The notes beneath the pieces were generated by a model that saw only the letters and a program-made list of their open reading frames with translations, was not told where the DNA came from and did no database searches. 64,000 bases of DNA from an uncultured Candidatus Binatia bacterium (lineage in GTDB: Bacteria; Desulfobacterota; Binatia; Bin18): the NCBI GenBank assembly GCA_965200965.1, contig OZ241744.1, forward strand, positions 1,056,001-1,120,000, in the 5' to 3' direction. The position numbers and the translations under genes are program-made. Within the stretch, counting starts at the first letter, position 1; every line of letters starts with the position of its first letter. Of this stretch, positions 19,562 through 30,452 are shown piece by piece.

Positions 19562-20204
19562 ATGAGCCTGAGCGAAAAAAGCAAAGCTGCCCGCCAGAAG
19601 CTGTCAGCGGTCGTAACCGAGGTCTTTGTCAACAAAGGCTTTCAGGCGGCCGGCGTCCGTGAAATCTGCACCACCGCGGGAGCGAATCCAGCCGGCTGTC
19701 AACTATCATTCTGGCGGCAAAATGGAACTCTACAGGGCGTTTTATCCCGCGCCTTTGAAAACTGTCAGCCACCCCGGCGCAGGAGCAGATGCGGGCTGGG
19801 TCATCTGGAACGCTGAGCGCATGCTCGGTGCCGCAGGCCATGCCGTCTATGCCTTGATCGTCAAAGAACTGCACGAGCCGACCCTGGCCTTTGACGAGTT
19901 TTTTGAGCGCTCCATGCAGCCCATCTATGCAGCCGGCGAGGAGTTGATTGCCGCCGTTTTCGGCGTCAGCCAGGACCAGCTGTTCGTGCAGCCGTGCTGC
20001 ACCAGTGTGTTCGGCCAATGCCTGATCTCCCGCTATTCACGGCCGATCATTGAACGCTTTCAGCGCCACGCCAGCCCGGCCCAGCTCGAACGCATTCGAA
20101 GTTTCCTGCGCCACGACCCGGATGTCATCTCCGGCCTTGCCAACTATATTGCCGACTTTTCGCTGGCCGGCATCACCGCTCAGGCCCAGCGTATGGGGAA
20201 ATAG
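19562..20204 (+). pseudogene. TetR/CecR-like regulator, multiply frameshifted
   Basis: The HTH (FVNKGFQAAGVREICTTAGAN) continues as AVNYHSGGKMELY in another frame after about 19694. Further shifts at about 19740 and 19770-19800 precede a CecR-like C-terminus (SVFGQC...IADFSLAGI). Confidence 0.8.
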
Positions 20205-20212
20205 CAGCGACC

Positions 20213-21733
20213 ATGCCGCCTCTTCAGCACCCAGCTTCACGCCCCCGCTATCAGTCGCCCGGGCTGCTTCAGCCCTGGGGCGTGACCCTCCTCATCCTGG
20301 TCTGGGTAGCTGCCGGCTGTAGCCCGTATCAGGTGCGGACCCTGAACCGGCCCCAAGTCCCGGTGCCGGAAACCTACCATCACCGCCTGGCCGGCGAGCG
20401 CGTGATCGGCGAATGGTGGCAGGAGTTCAACAACCCGGCGCTTAGCGCGATGGTGGAACGGGCCCTGGAGAACAGCCTGGACATCAGACAGTTGTGGAGC
20501 CGGCTCACCCAGGCCTATGCCCAGGCTCGGATTGAGGGTGCCGAGATATTCCCGCGGGTGGGTCTGAACGGCGGCGTGGCCCGGACCCATCAGCTTGACC
20601 GGGACGCCCAGGCCCCGTTTGGCGGCCAAGCCGGGCCGTCCACCCGGATTACCCACACCGACCGCTATTTTGTGTCCACCGGCCTGTCATACGAAATTGA
20701 TGTGTGGCAGCGGATTGCCGCCCGCCGCCGCGCGGCCACCCTTGAGTATCAGGCCAGCCGTCAGGATGTCGAAGCCAGCGCCCTGCTTATCACCGGCTCG
20801 GTCGTAGACGCCTGGTTCATTCTCCAGGAACAGAAGGCGCTGCTGGCCCTGCTGGAAGAGCAGATCGAGATCAGCCAATCCTTGCTCGATCTGACCGAGG
20901 TGCGCTTCGGAGTCGGAACCGGCTCTGCGGTTGATGTATTGCAGCAGCGCCAGCAGTTGGCCGCTACCCGGTCCGAAGTTCCGCGTGTCCGCGCAACCCT
21001 CAATACCGCCTCTAACCGGCTGGCGGTCTTGCTCGGGGCCGCCCCAGGCGCGCTCGATAGCAGCGTCCCGGACGAAGCCCTGCCCGACCTGCCCCCGTTT
21101 CCCGAGTTGGGTGATCCGGCCGAGTTGCTGATGGCTCGCCCAGACCTGCGCTCCGCCCAACTCCGCCTCCAGGCCGCAGACTTTCGGGTCGCCACCGCGG
21201 TGGCCGAACGGCTGCCACGACTGGCCCTTGACCTGTCGTACGAGTTCAGCGCCCGCAGTTTTTCGACCGTCTTCCGCCAAGAGACCGGCTCCCTGGTCGG
21301 CAACTTGGTCACGCCGGTTATTGACGGCGGTCAGCGTCGCAACCAGGTCTTGCGCCACAAGGCCGTCGTTCAGGAGCGGCTCGACCGCTTTGGCCAGCAG
21401 TATCTCCAGGCCCTGCTCGAAATCGAAGACGCCCTGACCCGGGAGCGTTTTCAGGTCGAGTTGATCGACAATCTGGAAAGCCGGATTGGACTGGCCGAGG
21501 CAACCCTGCAAGAGTCGCAGTCACGCTATATGCACGGCCTGGTCAACTATGTGACCGTCCTGATCGCGGTCCAATCCCTCCAGGGCCTCGAGCGCCGGCT
21601 GATCGGCGAAAAACGCCGCCTGCTGAGCAATCGCGCTGGCCTGTATCGGGCGCTGGGCGGACGCTGGACGGGGAGGCTCGCCGCCCCTCCCAGCCTTCAG
21701 TTTGTGCGCACCACAGCCGTCAGGACACACTGA
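20213..21733 (+). CDS. RND efflux outer-membrane lipoprotein (TolC/OprM family)
   Basis: Lipobox AAGC, WWQEF, SYEIDVW, RPDLRSA and LYRALGG motifs. Confidence 0.92.
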   Translation: MPPLQHPASRPRYQSPGLLQPWGVTLLILVWVAAGCSPYQVRTLNRPQVPVPETYHHRLAGERVIGEWWQEFNNPALSAMVERALENSLDIRQLWSRLTQAYAQARIEGAEIFPRVGLNGGVARTHQLDRDAQAPFGGQAGPSTRITHTDRYFVSTGLSYEIDVWQRIAARRRAATLEYQASRQDVEASALLITGSVVDAWFILQEQKALLALLEEQIEISQSLLDLTEVRFGVGTGSAVDVLQQRQQLAATRSEVPRVRATLNTASNRLAVLLGAAPGALDSSVPDEALPDLPPFPELGDPAELLMARPDLRSAQLRLQAADFRVATAVAERLPRLALDLSYEFSARSFSTVFRQETGSLVGNLVTPVIDGGQRRNQVLRHKAVVQERLDRFGQQYLQALLEIEDALTRERFQVELIDNLESRIGLAEATLQESQSRYMHGLVNYVTVLIAVQSLQGLERRLIGEKRRLLSNRAGLYRALGGRWTGRLAAPPSLQFVRTTAVRTH

Positions 21734-22974
21734 TGACACACCGCATAAAACGCCTCCTTCAAGCCCTGCTCCCGGTCCTTATTCTGGGCGGCGGGGTGAT
21801 AGGTGCCCGGGCGTTGATCGCCAGCCGGCCGGCGGCCCAGAAAGCGGCTCCGCGGGCAGCCGCGACCGTTGTCGAAGTCCTTACCGTTCACTCCGAAGAT
21901 ATCCGCGCGGTGATTTCAGCCTTTGGCACAGTCCGGGCCCACCAGGAACTCAGCGTTCATCCCCAGGTCGGCGGCTATGTGACCCAGCAACACGCCAACC
22001 TGATCAAAGGCGGCCTGTTGCAGGCCGGCGAGGTGTTGTTGCGGATTGACCCCCGCGACTACGTCTACGCGCTTGAGATCCAGCAGGGGGCGCTGGCCAA
22101 AGCCGAGTTTGAACTCCAGCTTGAGCTTGGCAGGCAGGTCATTGCCCAGCGCGAGTGGGAGCTGCTTGAGCCGTCGATCGAGACCAGCGAAATGGGCAAA
22201 CAGCTGGCCCTGCGCAAACCCCATCTGCACGAAAAACAGGCAGCGGTCGCCGCGGCCAAAAGCCGCCTGGCCAAGGCCCAACTGGACCTCCAGCGAACCA
22301 CCCTGACCGCCCCGTGCAACGCTCTGGTCCTGGAGGAGTCGGTCGAGGTCGGCCAACTCGTCATGTCCCAGACTCCCCTGGCCCGCTTGGTGTGTACCGA
22401 CGCCTTTCGGGTCGAGGTCAGCATCCCCATGCACGATCTGGCCTGGGTCAACATCCCCGGTCCGACGCGGGCCAACGGCTCACAGGTGCGGGTGGTTCGG
22501 GACCTGGGGAATGACAGGACCGCCGTGCGCCAGGGAGCGGTCGCCGGCCTGCTCGGCGATGTGTCACAAAACGGTCGCATGGCCCGCCTGCTGGTCCTGG
22601 TTGACGATCCCCTGAGCCGCAAGCAATCCCAGAACCGGCGGCTGCCACTGTTGCTCGGAGAGTATGTGCGGGTCGAAATTGACGGCCCGCAGTTGACCGA
22701 TGTGTTTGTCCTGCCCCGCGGCGCGCTCCGGGAAGGCAGCCGGATATGGGTCAAAAACGCCGACAACCAACTGGAGATCCGCCAGGCCGAAGTCGCCCTG
22801 GGCAGACCCGACTCGCTGCTGATTCAGCGCGGCCTGCGGGACGGCGACCGGGTGATTACCAGCCCCCTGCCCGTCGCCCTGCCCGGCATGGCCCTGCAAA
22901 GCGCGCCCGATCCCTCGCCCCCGACCTCCCCGGCCGAGACGCGCCCCCTCACGCTTGACGCAGACCCGGTCTGA
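21733..22974 (+). CDS. RND efflux periplasmic adaptor (MFP)
   Basis: N-terminal TM, GEVLLRIDPRDY, LQRTTLTAP; located between the OMF and the permease. Confidence 0.92.
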   Translation: MTHRIKRLLQALLPVLILGGGVIGARALIASRPAAQKAAPRAAATVVEVLTVHSEDIRAVISAFGTVRAHQELSVHPQVGGYVTQQHANLIKGGLLQAGEVLLRIDPRDYVYALEIQQGALAKAEFELQLELGRQVIAQREWELLEPSIETSEMGKQLALRKPHLHEKQAAVAAAKSRLAKAQLDLQRTTLTAPCNALVLEESVEVGQLVMSQTPLARLVCTDAFRVEVSIPMHDLAWVNIPGPTRANGSQVRVVRDLGNDRTAVRQGAVAGLLGDVSQNGRMARLLVLVDDPLSRKQSQNRRLPLLLGEYVRVEIDGPQLTDVFVLPRGALREGSRIWVKNADNQLEIRQAEVALGRPDSLLIQRGLRDGDRVITSPLPVALPGMALQSAPDPSPPTSPAETRPLTLDADPV

Positions 22975-22978
22975 ACCC

Positions 22979-25900
22979 ATGCAACGCCCCGCCCTCAATT
23001 CGCCAGCCTCGCCCAGCGGTCCGATCGCCTGGATGGCCCGCAACCACGTTGCCGCCAACCTGATCATGCTGGTCATCGTCGTCGGCGGCTTCATCGCCAG
23101 CACCCAGGTGAAACAAGAGGTATTTCCCGAGTTTGCCATTGATATCATCGTGGCCAGCGTGCCCTACCCCGGGGCCAGCCCGGCTGAGGTTGAGCAGGGG
23201 GTCGTCCTGTCAATTGAGGACCGGGTACGCGGCATTGACGGGGTCAAAAAGGTCACCGCCACGGCCCGCGAGGGCCACGGCTCGGTGGTGGTCGAATTGC
23301 TCACCGGCACAGACCCGGACAAGGCCCTCCAGGATGTCAAAAACGCGGTTGACAGCATCCTGTCTTTTCCCGAAGAAGCCGAAAAGCCGATCGTCAGCCT
23401 GGTGGAACTCCGCAACCAGGTCCTGACCCTGATGGTCTACGGCGACCAGGACGAACACACGCTGCGCGACTTGGCCGAGCAGATCCGCGACGAGCTGATC
23501 CAGCGTCCCGACATTACCCTGGTGGGACTCGGGGCGGTCCGTCCACTCGAAATCGCCATCGAGGTGCCCCAACGTAACCTGCGCGCCCATAATCTCACCC
23601 TGGGCCAGATTGCGCGCGAGATACGCCAGGCCGCAGTCGAATTGCCGGCCGGCGGGCTTAAGGCCGCCGGCGGAGAAATCCTGCTGCGCACTCAGGAACG
23701 CCGCGACTACGCCAGCCAATACGCCGATATTGCGCTGACCTCGGCCCCGGACGGCTCCCGCATCACCGTCGGCGATATTGCGGTGATTACCGACGGCTTT
23801 GAAGACTGGGACTTTGAGGCGTTCTACAACGGGCAGCGCGCCGTCCAGGTCCAGGTCTACCGGGTCGCCAGGGAAACCCCGCAGTCGGTATCAGCCAGCG
23901 TCCACGCCTATCTTGACGACATCCGCCCCCGGCTGCCCGAAGGCGTCGGCCTGACGGTCTGGGGCGACTATTCCGAGATTTACCGCGACCGGATGCGCCT
24001 GCTGCTCAAAAACGCCTTCCTCGGCCTGTGCCTCGTCCTGCTGCTGCTCGGCCTGTTTCTCGACCCCAAGCTCGCCTTCTGGGTCACCCTGGGCATCCCC
24101 ATCTCGATCATGGGCGCTTTTCTGTTCATGCCCCTGAGCGGCGCGTCGATCAACATGATTTCGCTCTTCGCCTTCATTATCACGCTGGGCATCATCGTCG
24201 ATGACGCGGTCGTCATGGGCGAGAACATCTATGAGAAACGCCAAGCCGGCCGGCCCCTGCTGGCGGCGGCCATTGAGGGCGCACAAGAGATTGCCGGGCC
24301 GATTATTTTTGCTGTGCTGACCAATATCGTCGCCTTTCTGCCGCTTGTGTTCGTACCCGGCCCGGCCGGCAAGTTCTTCATCAATATCCCCGCGGTGACA
24401 ATCGCCGTGTTCACCGTTTCGCTGATTGAGTCGCTGTTCATCCTCCCGGCCCACCTGTCGCGGCAGAATGAACCGGGCCGCCTGTGGCGGGCCCTCAACC
24501 GGCCCCGGCTGGTCTTCGGGCGTGCGCTCCAGGCATTTGTCGGGCGTGTCTACCAGCCGCTGCTGCGGACGGCCATCGCCCACCGCTACGCCACCCTGAC
24601 GACTGGCATTGCCGCCCTGCTGCTGGCCCTCGGCACGGTCGGGGGCGGCCACCTCCAGTTCAGCTTCATGCCCCGCATTGACTCCGACCTGATCACCGCC
24701 CAGGCCACCCTGCCGTTCGGCACCCCGATCGACACCTCACGACGGGTGCGCCGGCAACTGCTCGACGCCATGCAGGTGGCCATTGACACCCACGGCGGGC
24801 CGGCTGTCGTTCGCGGGACATATACCCAGATCGGGGCGGTCCTGCGCGGCATGGGGCCCGACGACGGGCCGCCAAAGCTGAGCGGCGGCCATCTGGCCGG
24901 GGTCCAGATTGCCCTTGTTCCGTCCGACCAGCGCGAGGTCAACAGCGTGGAGTTCGCCAACACCTGGCGCCGGGCGGCCAGTCACATTGCCGGCCTGGAA
25001 GCACTGACCTTTCAGGCCGAATCCGGCTTCAGCAGCGAAGCCGCCCTGGATATTCAGCTCACCCATCGCTCGCGTCAGGTGCTTGAAGCTGCCGCGGCCG
25101 AGCTGGCCGGCCTGCTGGCCGGCTACGCCGGCGTCACCGATATTGACGACGGCGTCTCACACGGCAAACCCCAACTCAGCCTGACCGTCAAACCCGAAGC
25201 CCGCAGCCTGGGGATCAACGCGACCGACTTGGCCCGCCAGCTGCGCGGCTCATTCTACGGGGCCGAGGCCCTCCGCCAGCAGCGCGGCCGCAACGAGGTC
25301 AAGGTCATGGTCCGCCTGCCCGAACACGAACGGCGGACCGCCCACACCATTGAGCAGATGGTGATTCGGACGCCCCAGGGCGGGGAAATCCCCCTCATTC
25401 AGGCCGCGGTTGTAGACTATGGCCGGGCCTACACCGAGATCCGCCGCCGCGAAGGCCGCCGCATCATGGCGGTGACGGCCGACGTTGACGAAAACGTCAC
25501 CAACGCCAACACAATTGTGGCCGGCCTGGAGCAGAACGAACTTCCCTCCCTGATGCAGAAATACCCCGGCCTGAACTATACCCTGGAGGGCGAACAGGAA
25601 TGGCAACAAGAGGCGCTGGCGGCAATTGGTCTCGGTTTTGTCTTCGCCCTGCTGGCCATCTATGCCCTGCTGGCCATTCCCTTCAAGAGCTACATCCAGC
25701 CGGTGATTGTGATGCTGGCCATCCCCTTCGGCCTCATCGGCGCGATCATCGGCCACATTCTGCTGGGCTATGCGCTCAGCATGATCAGCCTGTTCGGCAT
25801 CATCGCCCTGGCCGGGGTGGTGATTAACGACGCGCTCGTTCTGGTTGTCACCGCCAACCAGTTTCGCGACACCGAACAGACCACCCCCCTGGAGGCTGTC

Positions 25901-26188
25901 TGCCGGGCCGGTATGCGCCGCTTCCGGCCTATCCTGCTGACCTCGCTGACCACCTTCTTCGGCCTGATGCCGATGATCTTTGAGACCTCAATGCAGGCCC
26001 GTTTTCTGATCCCAATGGCTATCTCAATTGGCTTCGGCATCCTGTTTGCGACTGCAATCATCCTGCTGATCGTCCCGGCCGGCTATATGATTCTGGAGGA
26101 CTTGCGCGGCCTCCCGCGTCTGCTCCTGACCGGAGTGCTGCGGCCTACAGACGCCGCCGGGGCGGGCAGCGTCCCCCAGCCCGACTAG
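22979..26188 (+). CDS. RND efflux permease (AcrB family)
   Basis: GIIVDDAVVMGEN, GVVINDALV and RFRPILLTSLTT motifs; about 1070 aa. Confidence 0.95.
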   Translation: MQRPALNSPASPSGPIAWMARNHVAANLIMLVIVVGGFIASTQVKQEVFPEFAIDIIVASVPYPGASPAEVEQGVVLSIEDRVRGIDGVKKVTATAREGHGSVVVELLTGTDPDKALQDVKNAVDSILSFPEEAEKPIVSLVELRNQVLTLMVYGDQDEHTLRDLAEQIRDELIQRPDITLVGLGAVRPLEIAIEVPQRNLRAHNLTLGQIAREIRQAAVELPAGGLKAAGGEILLRTQERRDYASQYADIALTSAPDGSRITVGDIAVITDGFEDWDFEAFYNGQRAVQVQVYRVARETPQSVSASVHAYLDDIRPRLPEGVGLTVWGDYSEIYRDRMRLLLKNAFLGLCLVLLLLGLFLDPKLAFWVTLGIPISIMGAFLFMPLSGASINMISLFAFIITLGIIVDDAVVMGENIYEKRQAGRPLLAAAIEGAQEIAGPIIFAVLTNIVAFLPLVFVPGPAGKFFINIPAVTIAVFTVSLIESLFILPAHLSRQNEPGRLWRALNRPRLVFGRALQAFVGRVYQPLLRTAIAHRYATLTTGIAALLLALGTVGGGHLQFSFMPRIDSDLITAQATLPFGTPIDTSRRVRRQLLDAMQVAIDTHGGPAVVRGTYTQIGAVLRGMGPDDGPPKLSGGHLAGVQIALVPSDQREVNSVEFANTWRRAASHIAGLEALTFQAESGFSSEAALDIQLTHRSRQVLEAAAAELAGLLAGYAGVTDIDDGVSHGKPQLSLTVKPEARSLGINATDLARQLRGSFYGAEALRQQRGRNEVKVMVRLPEHERRTAHTIEQMVIRTPQGGEIPLIQAAVVDYGRAYTEIRRREGRRIMAVTADVDENVTNANTIVAGLEQNELPSLMQKYPGLNYTLEGEQEWQQEALAAIGLGFVFALLAIYALLAIPFKSYIQPVIVMLAIPFGLIGAIIGHILLGYALSMISLFGIIALAGVVINDALVLVVTANQFRDTEQTTPLEAVCRAGMRRFRPILLTSLTTFFGLMPMIFETSMQARFLIPMAISIGFGILFATAIILLIVPAGYMILEDLRGLPRLLLTGVLRPTDAAGAGSVPQPD

Positions 26189-26311
26189 GCGGCCCTCAGC
26201 CCAGGGCCGCGGCCCGGAACGGCCGGCGAGTGCGCGACTTCAAGGGGGACGCCAAGGTCCTAGCCGAACGGCAGGGGCATCCACCGCCGGCGGCCAGCTC
26301 GGCTCGCCGGC

Positions 26312-27406
26312 TCAGTGTCTCGCATAGCGTTCAACGGCCTCCTCGTTCCAGGCCAGCCCATTTCCTGGAGCGTCAGACACCACCGCCCAGCCGTCGGTGA
26401 CGGTCAGCGGCCGGTCCAGGATGGCGTTGGCCCAGTCCATGTATTCAAGCCAGTGGGCGGTCGGGGTCACTGCCAGCAGATGGGCGCTCACCTCAGGATA
26501 GAGATGGCTCGAGAGCAGCATGCCCCTTGGCTCGGCTAAGGCAATTGCCCGCAGCCAGCCGCTGACGCCGCCAATTTTGACCACATCGGGCATGAAAAAA
26601 TCGCACGCCTCGGCCGCGAGGGCCTTGGCCATGTCGTTCGGACCCCAGCAGTTCTCGCCGAGCTGGATCGCGGTGGCGGCCGTGGTCCGAATCCGGGCAT
26701 GGCCGGCGTAGTCATCGGCCCGGGTCGGTTCTTCAATCCAGTACAGCCCCTCATCGTCCAGCCGGCGCGCCCGCTGCTGAGCTTCGGGCACAGAGAGGGC
26801 CTGGTTGTAGTCGGACATGATGCGTGTCTCGTCGCCGACCGCCTGACGAACCGCCCGAACCGCGGCCACATCAGCCCCGCTGTCAGGATAGCCCAGGCGA
26901 ATCTTGACCGCTCCAAAGCCGGACTCAATAAAGTCCCGGGCTTCGGCGGCCAGATGTTGGCCGTTGCTCATGCCCAGACCACAGCTGTTGTAGGCCGGTA
27001 TGGGCCGCTCCTGCCCACCGAGCAGGCGGACCAGCGGCAGGCCGGCAGCCTTGGCCAGTACATCCCAGGCGGCAATATCAATGCCGGCCAGCGCCATACC
27101 GACCAGGCCCTGCGCTCCGAGCAACCGAAAACGCCGCTGGAACATGTCGGCTAGCGTCAGGGGTGAGACAGGCTGGCCAAGGAGCAGGGTCTCGGCTTCC
27201 TTGAGGAAGGCGACCAGGGGTTTCAAGGTGAGCGGGGTATAGCCGAAGACATAGCTCCGGCCGGTGATGCCCTGATGTGTTTCGAGGTCAAGCAGAACGA
27301 GCGGGGCGCTGCTGACCCGTCCGCCACCGGTCAGCAGCGGACGCGGCATCGGAACTTCGACCGCCCTGGCCCGCAGGCCACGAAGGGTGCATATGTCAGC
27401 CTCCAT
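26312..27406 (-). CDS. Mandelate racemase/enolase superfamily enzyme
   Basis: VKIRLG, DYNQ, WIEEP, GEN, MPDVVKIGG, SSH and HWLEY motifs. Confidence 0.9.
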   Translation of the reverse strand: MEADICTLRGLRARAVEVPMPRPLLTGGGRVSSAPLVLLDLETHQGITGRSYVFGYTPLTLKPLVAFLKEAETLLLGQPVSPLTLADMFQRRFRLLGAQGLVGMALAGIDIAAWDVLAKAAGLPLVRLLGGQERPIPAYNSCGLGMSNGQHLAAEARDFIESGFGAVKIRLGYPDSGADVAAVRAVRQAVGDETRIMSDYNQALSVPEAQQRARRLDDEGLYWIEEPTRADDYAGHARIRTTAATAIQLGENCWGPNDMAKALAAEACDFFMPDVVKIGGVSGWLRAIALAEPRGMLLSSHLYPEVSAHLLAVTPTAHWLEYMDWANAILDRPLTVTDGWAVVSDAPGNGLAWNEEAVERYARH

Positions 27407-27443
27407 GATCCCTCTCCTTATGTGGCCGGCGCGAGCCACCCCC

Positions 27444-27848
27444 TCAGTCTTCCTCTACCGGCCGCTCAATCCACCTGGGATTGCTGACGGTCAGTTTTTC
27501 ATACACCGTTTGCTTGAGGTGGGCGACGAGTTGCTCGCGGTACGGCCCGCTATCGGCCTCTCCGTTGCGTATCCGTGTACACAGATCTTCTGTGCGCTGC
27601 CAGATGGCCTCCCGCGCCTCAGCCTGCCTAGCCGGCTTTTCGGTCGCCGACAGCAGCCCGTTGAGACGCTGCCACTCTGCCACGGCGTGGTCTTCGGCGT
27701 ATTCCAGCTCGCGGCTGACTATGCGCAGCACATTGGCCGCCACCCGGCCATAGAACCGGCGCGAGCCCGACAGGCTGGGCACGACTTCCCGGTCAAGCAG
27801 GTGGATAACGGCGCTCAGCAGTTCAGGAATCGTTGGGCGATCGTGCAT
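27444..27848 (-). CDS. DUF6285-like protein
   Basis: MHDRPTIPELL...RVAANVL...KLTVSNP; translationally coupled to the phosphotransferase, as is usual for this family. Confidence 0.75.
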   Translation of the reverse strand: MHDRPTIPELLSAVIHLLDREVVPSLSGSRRFYGRVAANVLRIVSRELEYAEDHAVAEWQRLNGLLSATEKPARQAEAREAIWQRTEDLCTRIRNGEADSGPYREQLVAHLKQTVYEKLTVSNPRWIERPVEED

Positions 27849-28906
27849 CAGTCCTCCATCAGGTGGAGCAACTCCCACTCGGTTTCCGCGGTCCGCCGGC
27901 CAATCGCCGCCAACTCCACGCTGGGGCTTATGCCGTCCAGATACGGCTGGGTCATGTTCAGGCAGATCACGCCCCAACGCAGGTTGCCGAAAATCTCCCA
28001 GAACCTGAGCCGCTGCTGGTCAAGCCGGCAGCCGCCGGCCTGTTCATAGGCGTGCTGAAAAGCGCGCCGCGTCCCCACCCCGCCGACCGGCAGACGGTCA
28101 TTGCCAAAACGCCACGAGCGCACGCACATCCAGCTCAGGTCTTCCATTGGGTCGCCGATGTGAGCCAACTCCCAGTCCAGAATTGAGCGGACGCCGTCCG
28201 GGCCGAACATGATGTTGCCCATCCGGTAGTCGCCATGCACAAAGACCCGCTCGCGTTCCTGGGGCAGGTGGTGGGCCAGCCAGCGAAAAGCCAACTCAAA
28301 AACCGGGTGGGGATCCCGGGCCATACGCCGGTACTTCTCCATATAGCGGGCAAGTTCTGCCTCAGCCGCGGTGTCGCCTCCCCGCGGGGCCGGCAGCTCG
28401 TGCAAGCCGTGCTTGTCAATTGACACCCGATGAATACGCGCCAGTATTGTGCCGAGCTCGGCCGCCATGACCTCGCGGGCGCGGGCGTACTGGGCGTCGC
28501 GGAACAGTCGCCGCGGCAGGGTTTCTCCGCTCATCCGTTCCATGATGAAAAAGGGCATACCGAGGCTGCCGTCGCCCACAAAATAGGGCCGGGGCGCTAA
28601 AACCCCCTCGGCGTGGGCGGCGGCAATCACCCGATATTCCATGCTGCGCTCCATAAATCCCTGCGGCCCCTGCTGGGCGTCGCCGCGGAGAATCAGCGGC
28701 AGGCTCTCGGTCCGGCCCTGTGCGGTTTCATACCACACGTCAAACGCCCAGCTCTGGCGTGAGGCACCGCCGGTCAGCAGCCGCAGGTCTCTGACCTCAA
28801 GGTGGTTGACCGTGCGGTGCTGCTGCTCTGGAAAGGCCCGGAGCAGAAACCCGGTCAGCACCGGGGCGAGTTCTCGGGGGGTCGGATAGCTTGGGCCACG
28901 ACTCAT
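27848..28906 (-). CDS. Phosphotransferase (APH/ACAD10-like kinase) family protein
   Basis: GGASR, VHGDYRMGN and LDWELAHIGDPMEDL motifs. Confidence 0.9.
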   Translation of the reverse strand: MSRGPSYPTPRELAPVLTGFLLRAFPEQQHRTVNHLEVRDLRLLTGGASRQSWAFDVWYETAQGRTESLPLILRGDAQQGPQGFMERSMEYRVIAAAHAEGVLAPRPYFVGDGSLGMPFFIMERMSGETLPRRLFRDAQYARAREVMAAELGTILARIHRVSIDKHGLHELPAPRGGDTAAEAELARYMEKYRRMARDPHPVFELAFRWLAHHLPQERERVFVHGDYRMGNIMFGPDGVRSILDWELAHIGDPMEDLSWMCVRSWRFGNDRLPVGGVGTRRAFQHAYEQAGGCRLDQQRLRFWEIFGNLRWGVICLNMTQPYLDGISPSVELAAIGRRTAETEWELLHLMED

Positions 28907-29043
28907 GACAGGTGCCTCAGATTTCTTTGTCTGCCTCTTCACTAAATCGGACCGCCGGGGTCCGTCAAGACAGCCCCTCCCAATGTGAGAAGGAATCTGC
29001 TATCAGAGGGGCATATCCCATATCCCGAAAAGGAGCGGCGTGT

Positions 29044-30378
29044 ATGAACTTTGGATATTTTACTGAGCGGCCATATCGCTGGGTTGACGAGGACGAAGTG
29101 CTGGAGCATGAGGGCTTTTTTGCCATCCCGAATGCACGTTTTGACCGGGAGAAGGCGGCAGATGACTACAACCACTTCCTGGACGAGTACTGCTACGCCG
29201 AGGAAATGGGCTTTGATTCGCTGATGCTCAACGAGCACCACGGCAACCCCTTCTGCATGGGCAGCGTGATGAACGTCGAGGCGTCCATCCTGGCCCGGAT
29301 CACCAACACGGCCAAAATTGTGCTGATCGGCAACCCCCTGCCGGTCATCAAACACCCGCTGCGCATGGCCGAGGAGTTGGCCGAAATTGACCTCATCTCA
29401 CGCGGCCGGCTGGTCACCGGCTGGGTGCGGGGGGCTGGCAGCGAGCAGTTTTTCAACAACGCCAACCCGAGCTATAACCGGGAGATGTTCAACGAGGCCC
29501 ATGACTTTATTATTCAGGCCTGGACCAGACCCGGCCCGTGGCGCTACGAGGGCAAGCATTTTCACTACCGCCACGTCAACCCGTGGGCCCTGCCCTACCA
29601 GAAACCCCACCCCCAGATGTGGATTCCGGGGGTGTTGAGTCCTGAAACCGTCAGATGGGCGGCCGAACACAACTATCCCTACCTGGCCCTGGTCACGGCG
29701 CTCAGCCCGACCTGTGATCTGCTGGACTTTTACGCCGATATCGCCGCGGAGAACGGCTATCAGGCCGGGCCGGAAAACTTCGGCTACCTCATTGGCGTGT
29801 TCTGCGCCGAGACCGATGAAAAAGCCCAAGAGCTGGGCAAAGGCTTTGTGTTCGGCGGCGGGGCCAGCGCCTTTTCGCGGCCAGAACATACCCTGCCACC
29901 GGGCTACAACTCCAAGAACGCCATTCGGCTGCTGGCCAAACGCCCCAGCGGCGGTTGGGTCGGGGTGGATTCCGACCGGCTCAAAGAGGCCCAGCACGGC
30001 AAGCGCAAGTCCAAAGACCTGGACGAGGTCCGCCAAAAACTGCTCCGCTCGTACAAACGGGCCCAGGACGACTACCTGATGATCATCGGCTCGCCCAAGA
30101 CGGTGATCGAAAAGGTCAAGACCATGATGCGCGTGTTGCGGCCGGGCGCGTTCTCGTGCTTCAACGTCCAGGGGCCGGTCAGCAACGAAGACCGGCTGAC
30201 CAGCGTCCGGCTGCTGGCCCGGGAGGTCAAGCCGGTCCTTCAGGAGTACGCCAGGGAAATCGGTCTGGTTGACCCCTTCACCCGCCGGCCGGGCTCGGTC
30301 AAGCTCAATCCGGGCACCAAGCGCCTGCCGGTCGTGGACCGCACGCCGCTGAAAGACCTCGACATGCTGCCGAACTAG
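29044..30378 (+). CDS. LLM-class flavin-dependent oxidoreductase
   Basis: GFDSLMLNEHH, PLRMAEELAEIDLISRGR and PYQKPHP motifs. AAGGAG RBS. Confidence 0.92.
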   Translation: MNFGYFTERPYRWVDEDEVLEHEGFFAIPNARFDREKAADDYNHFLDEYCYAEEMGFDSLMLNEHHGNPFCMGSVMNVEASILARITNTAKIVLIGNPLPVIKHPLRMAEELAEIDLISRGRLVTGWVRGAGSEQFFNNANPSYNREMFNEAHDFIIQAWTRPGPWRYEGKHFHYRHVNPWALPYQKPHPQMWIPGVLSPETVRWAAEHNYPYLALVTALSPTCDLLDFYADIAAENGYQAGPENFGYLIGVFCAETDEKAQELGKGFVFGGGASAFSRPEHTLPPGYNSKNAIRLLAKRPSGGWVGVDSDRLKEAQHGKRKSKDLDEVRQKLLRSYKRAQDDYLMIIGSPKTVIEKVKTMMRVLRPGAFSCFNVQGPVSNEDRLTSVRLLAREVKPVLQEYAREIGLVDPFTRRPGSVKLNPGTKRLPVVDRTPLKDLDMLPN

Positions 30379-30395
30379 CGGCTGAGACGGGCAGC

Positions 30396-30434
30396 GTGGT
30401 TCATCCTTCTGCTCCAACGCTCAGGATGAACCAC
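30396..30434. terminator. 12-bp perfect inverted repeat between convergent genes (terminator or REP-like) at the RM island edge
   Basis: GTGGTTCATCCT-N15-AGGATGAACCAC. Confidence 0.55.
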
Positions 30435-30452
30435 CTTCGAGAGCGTGAGCGC

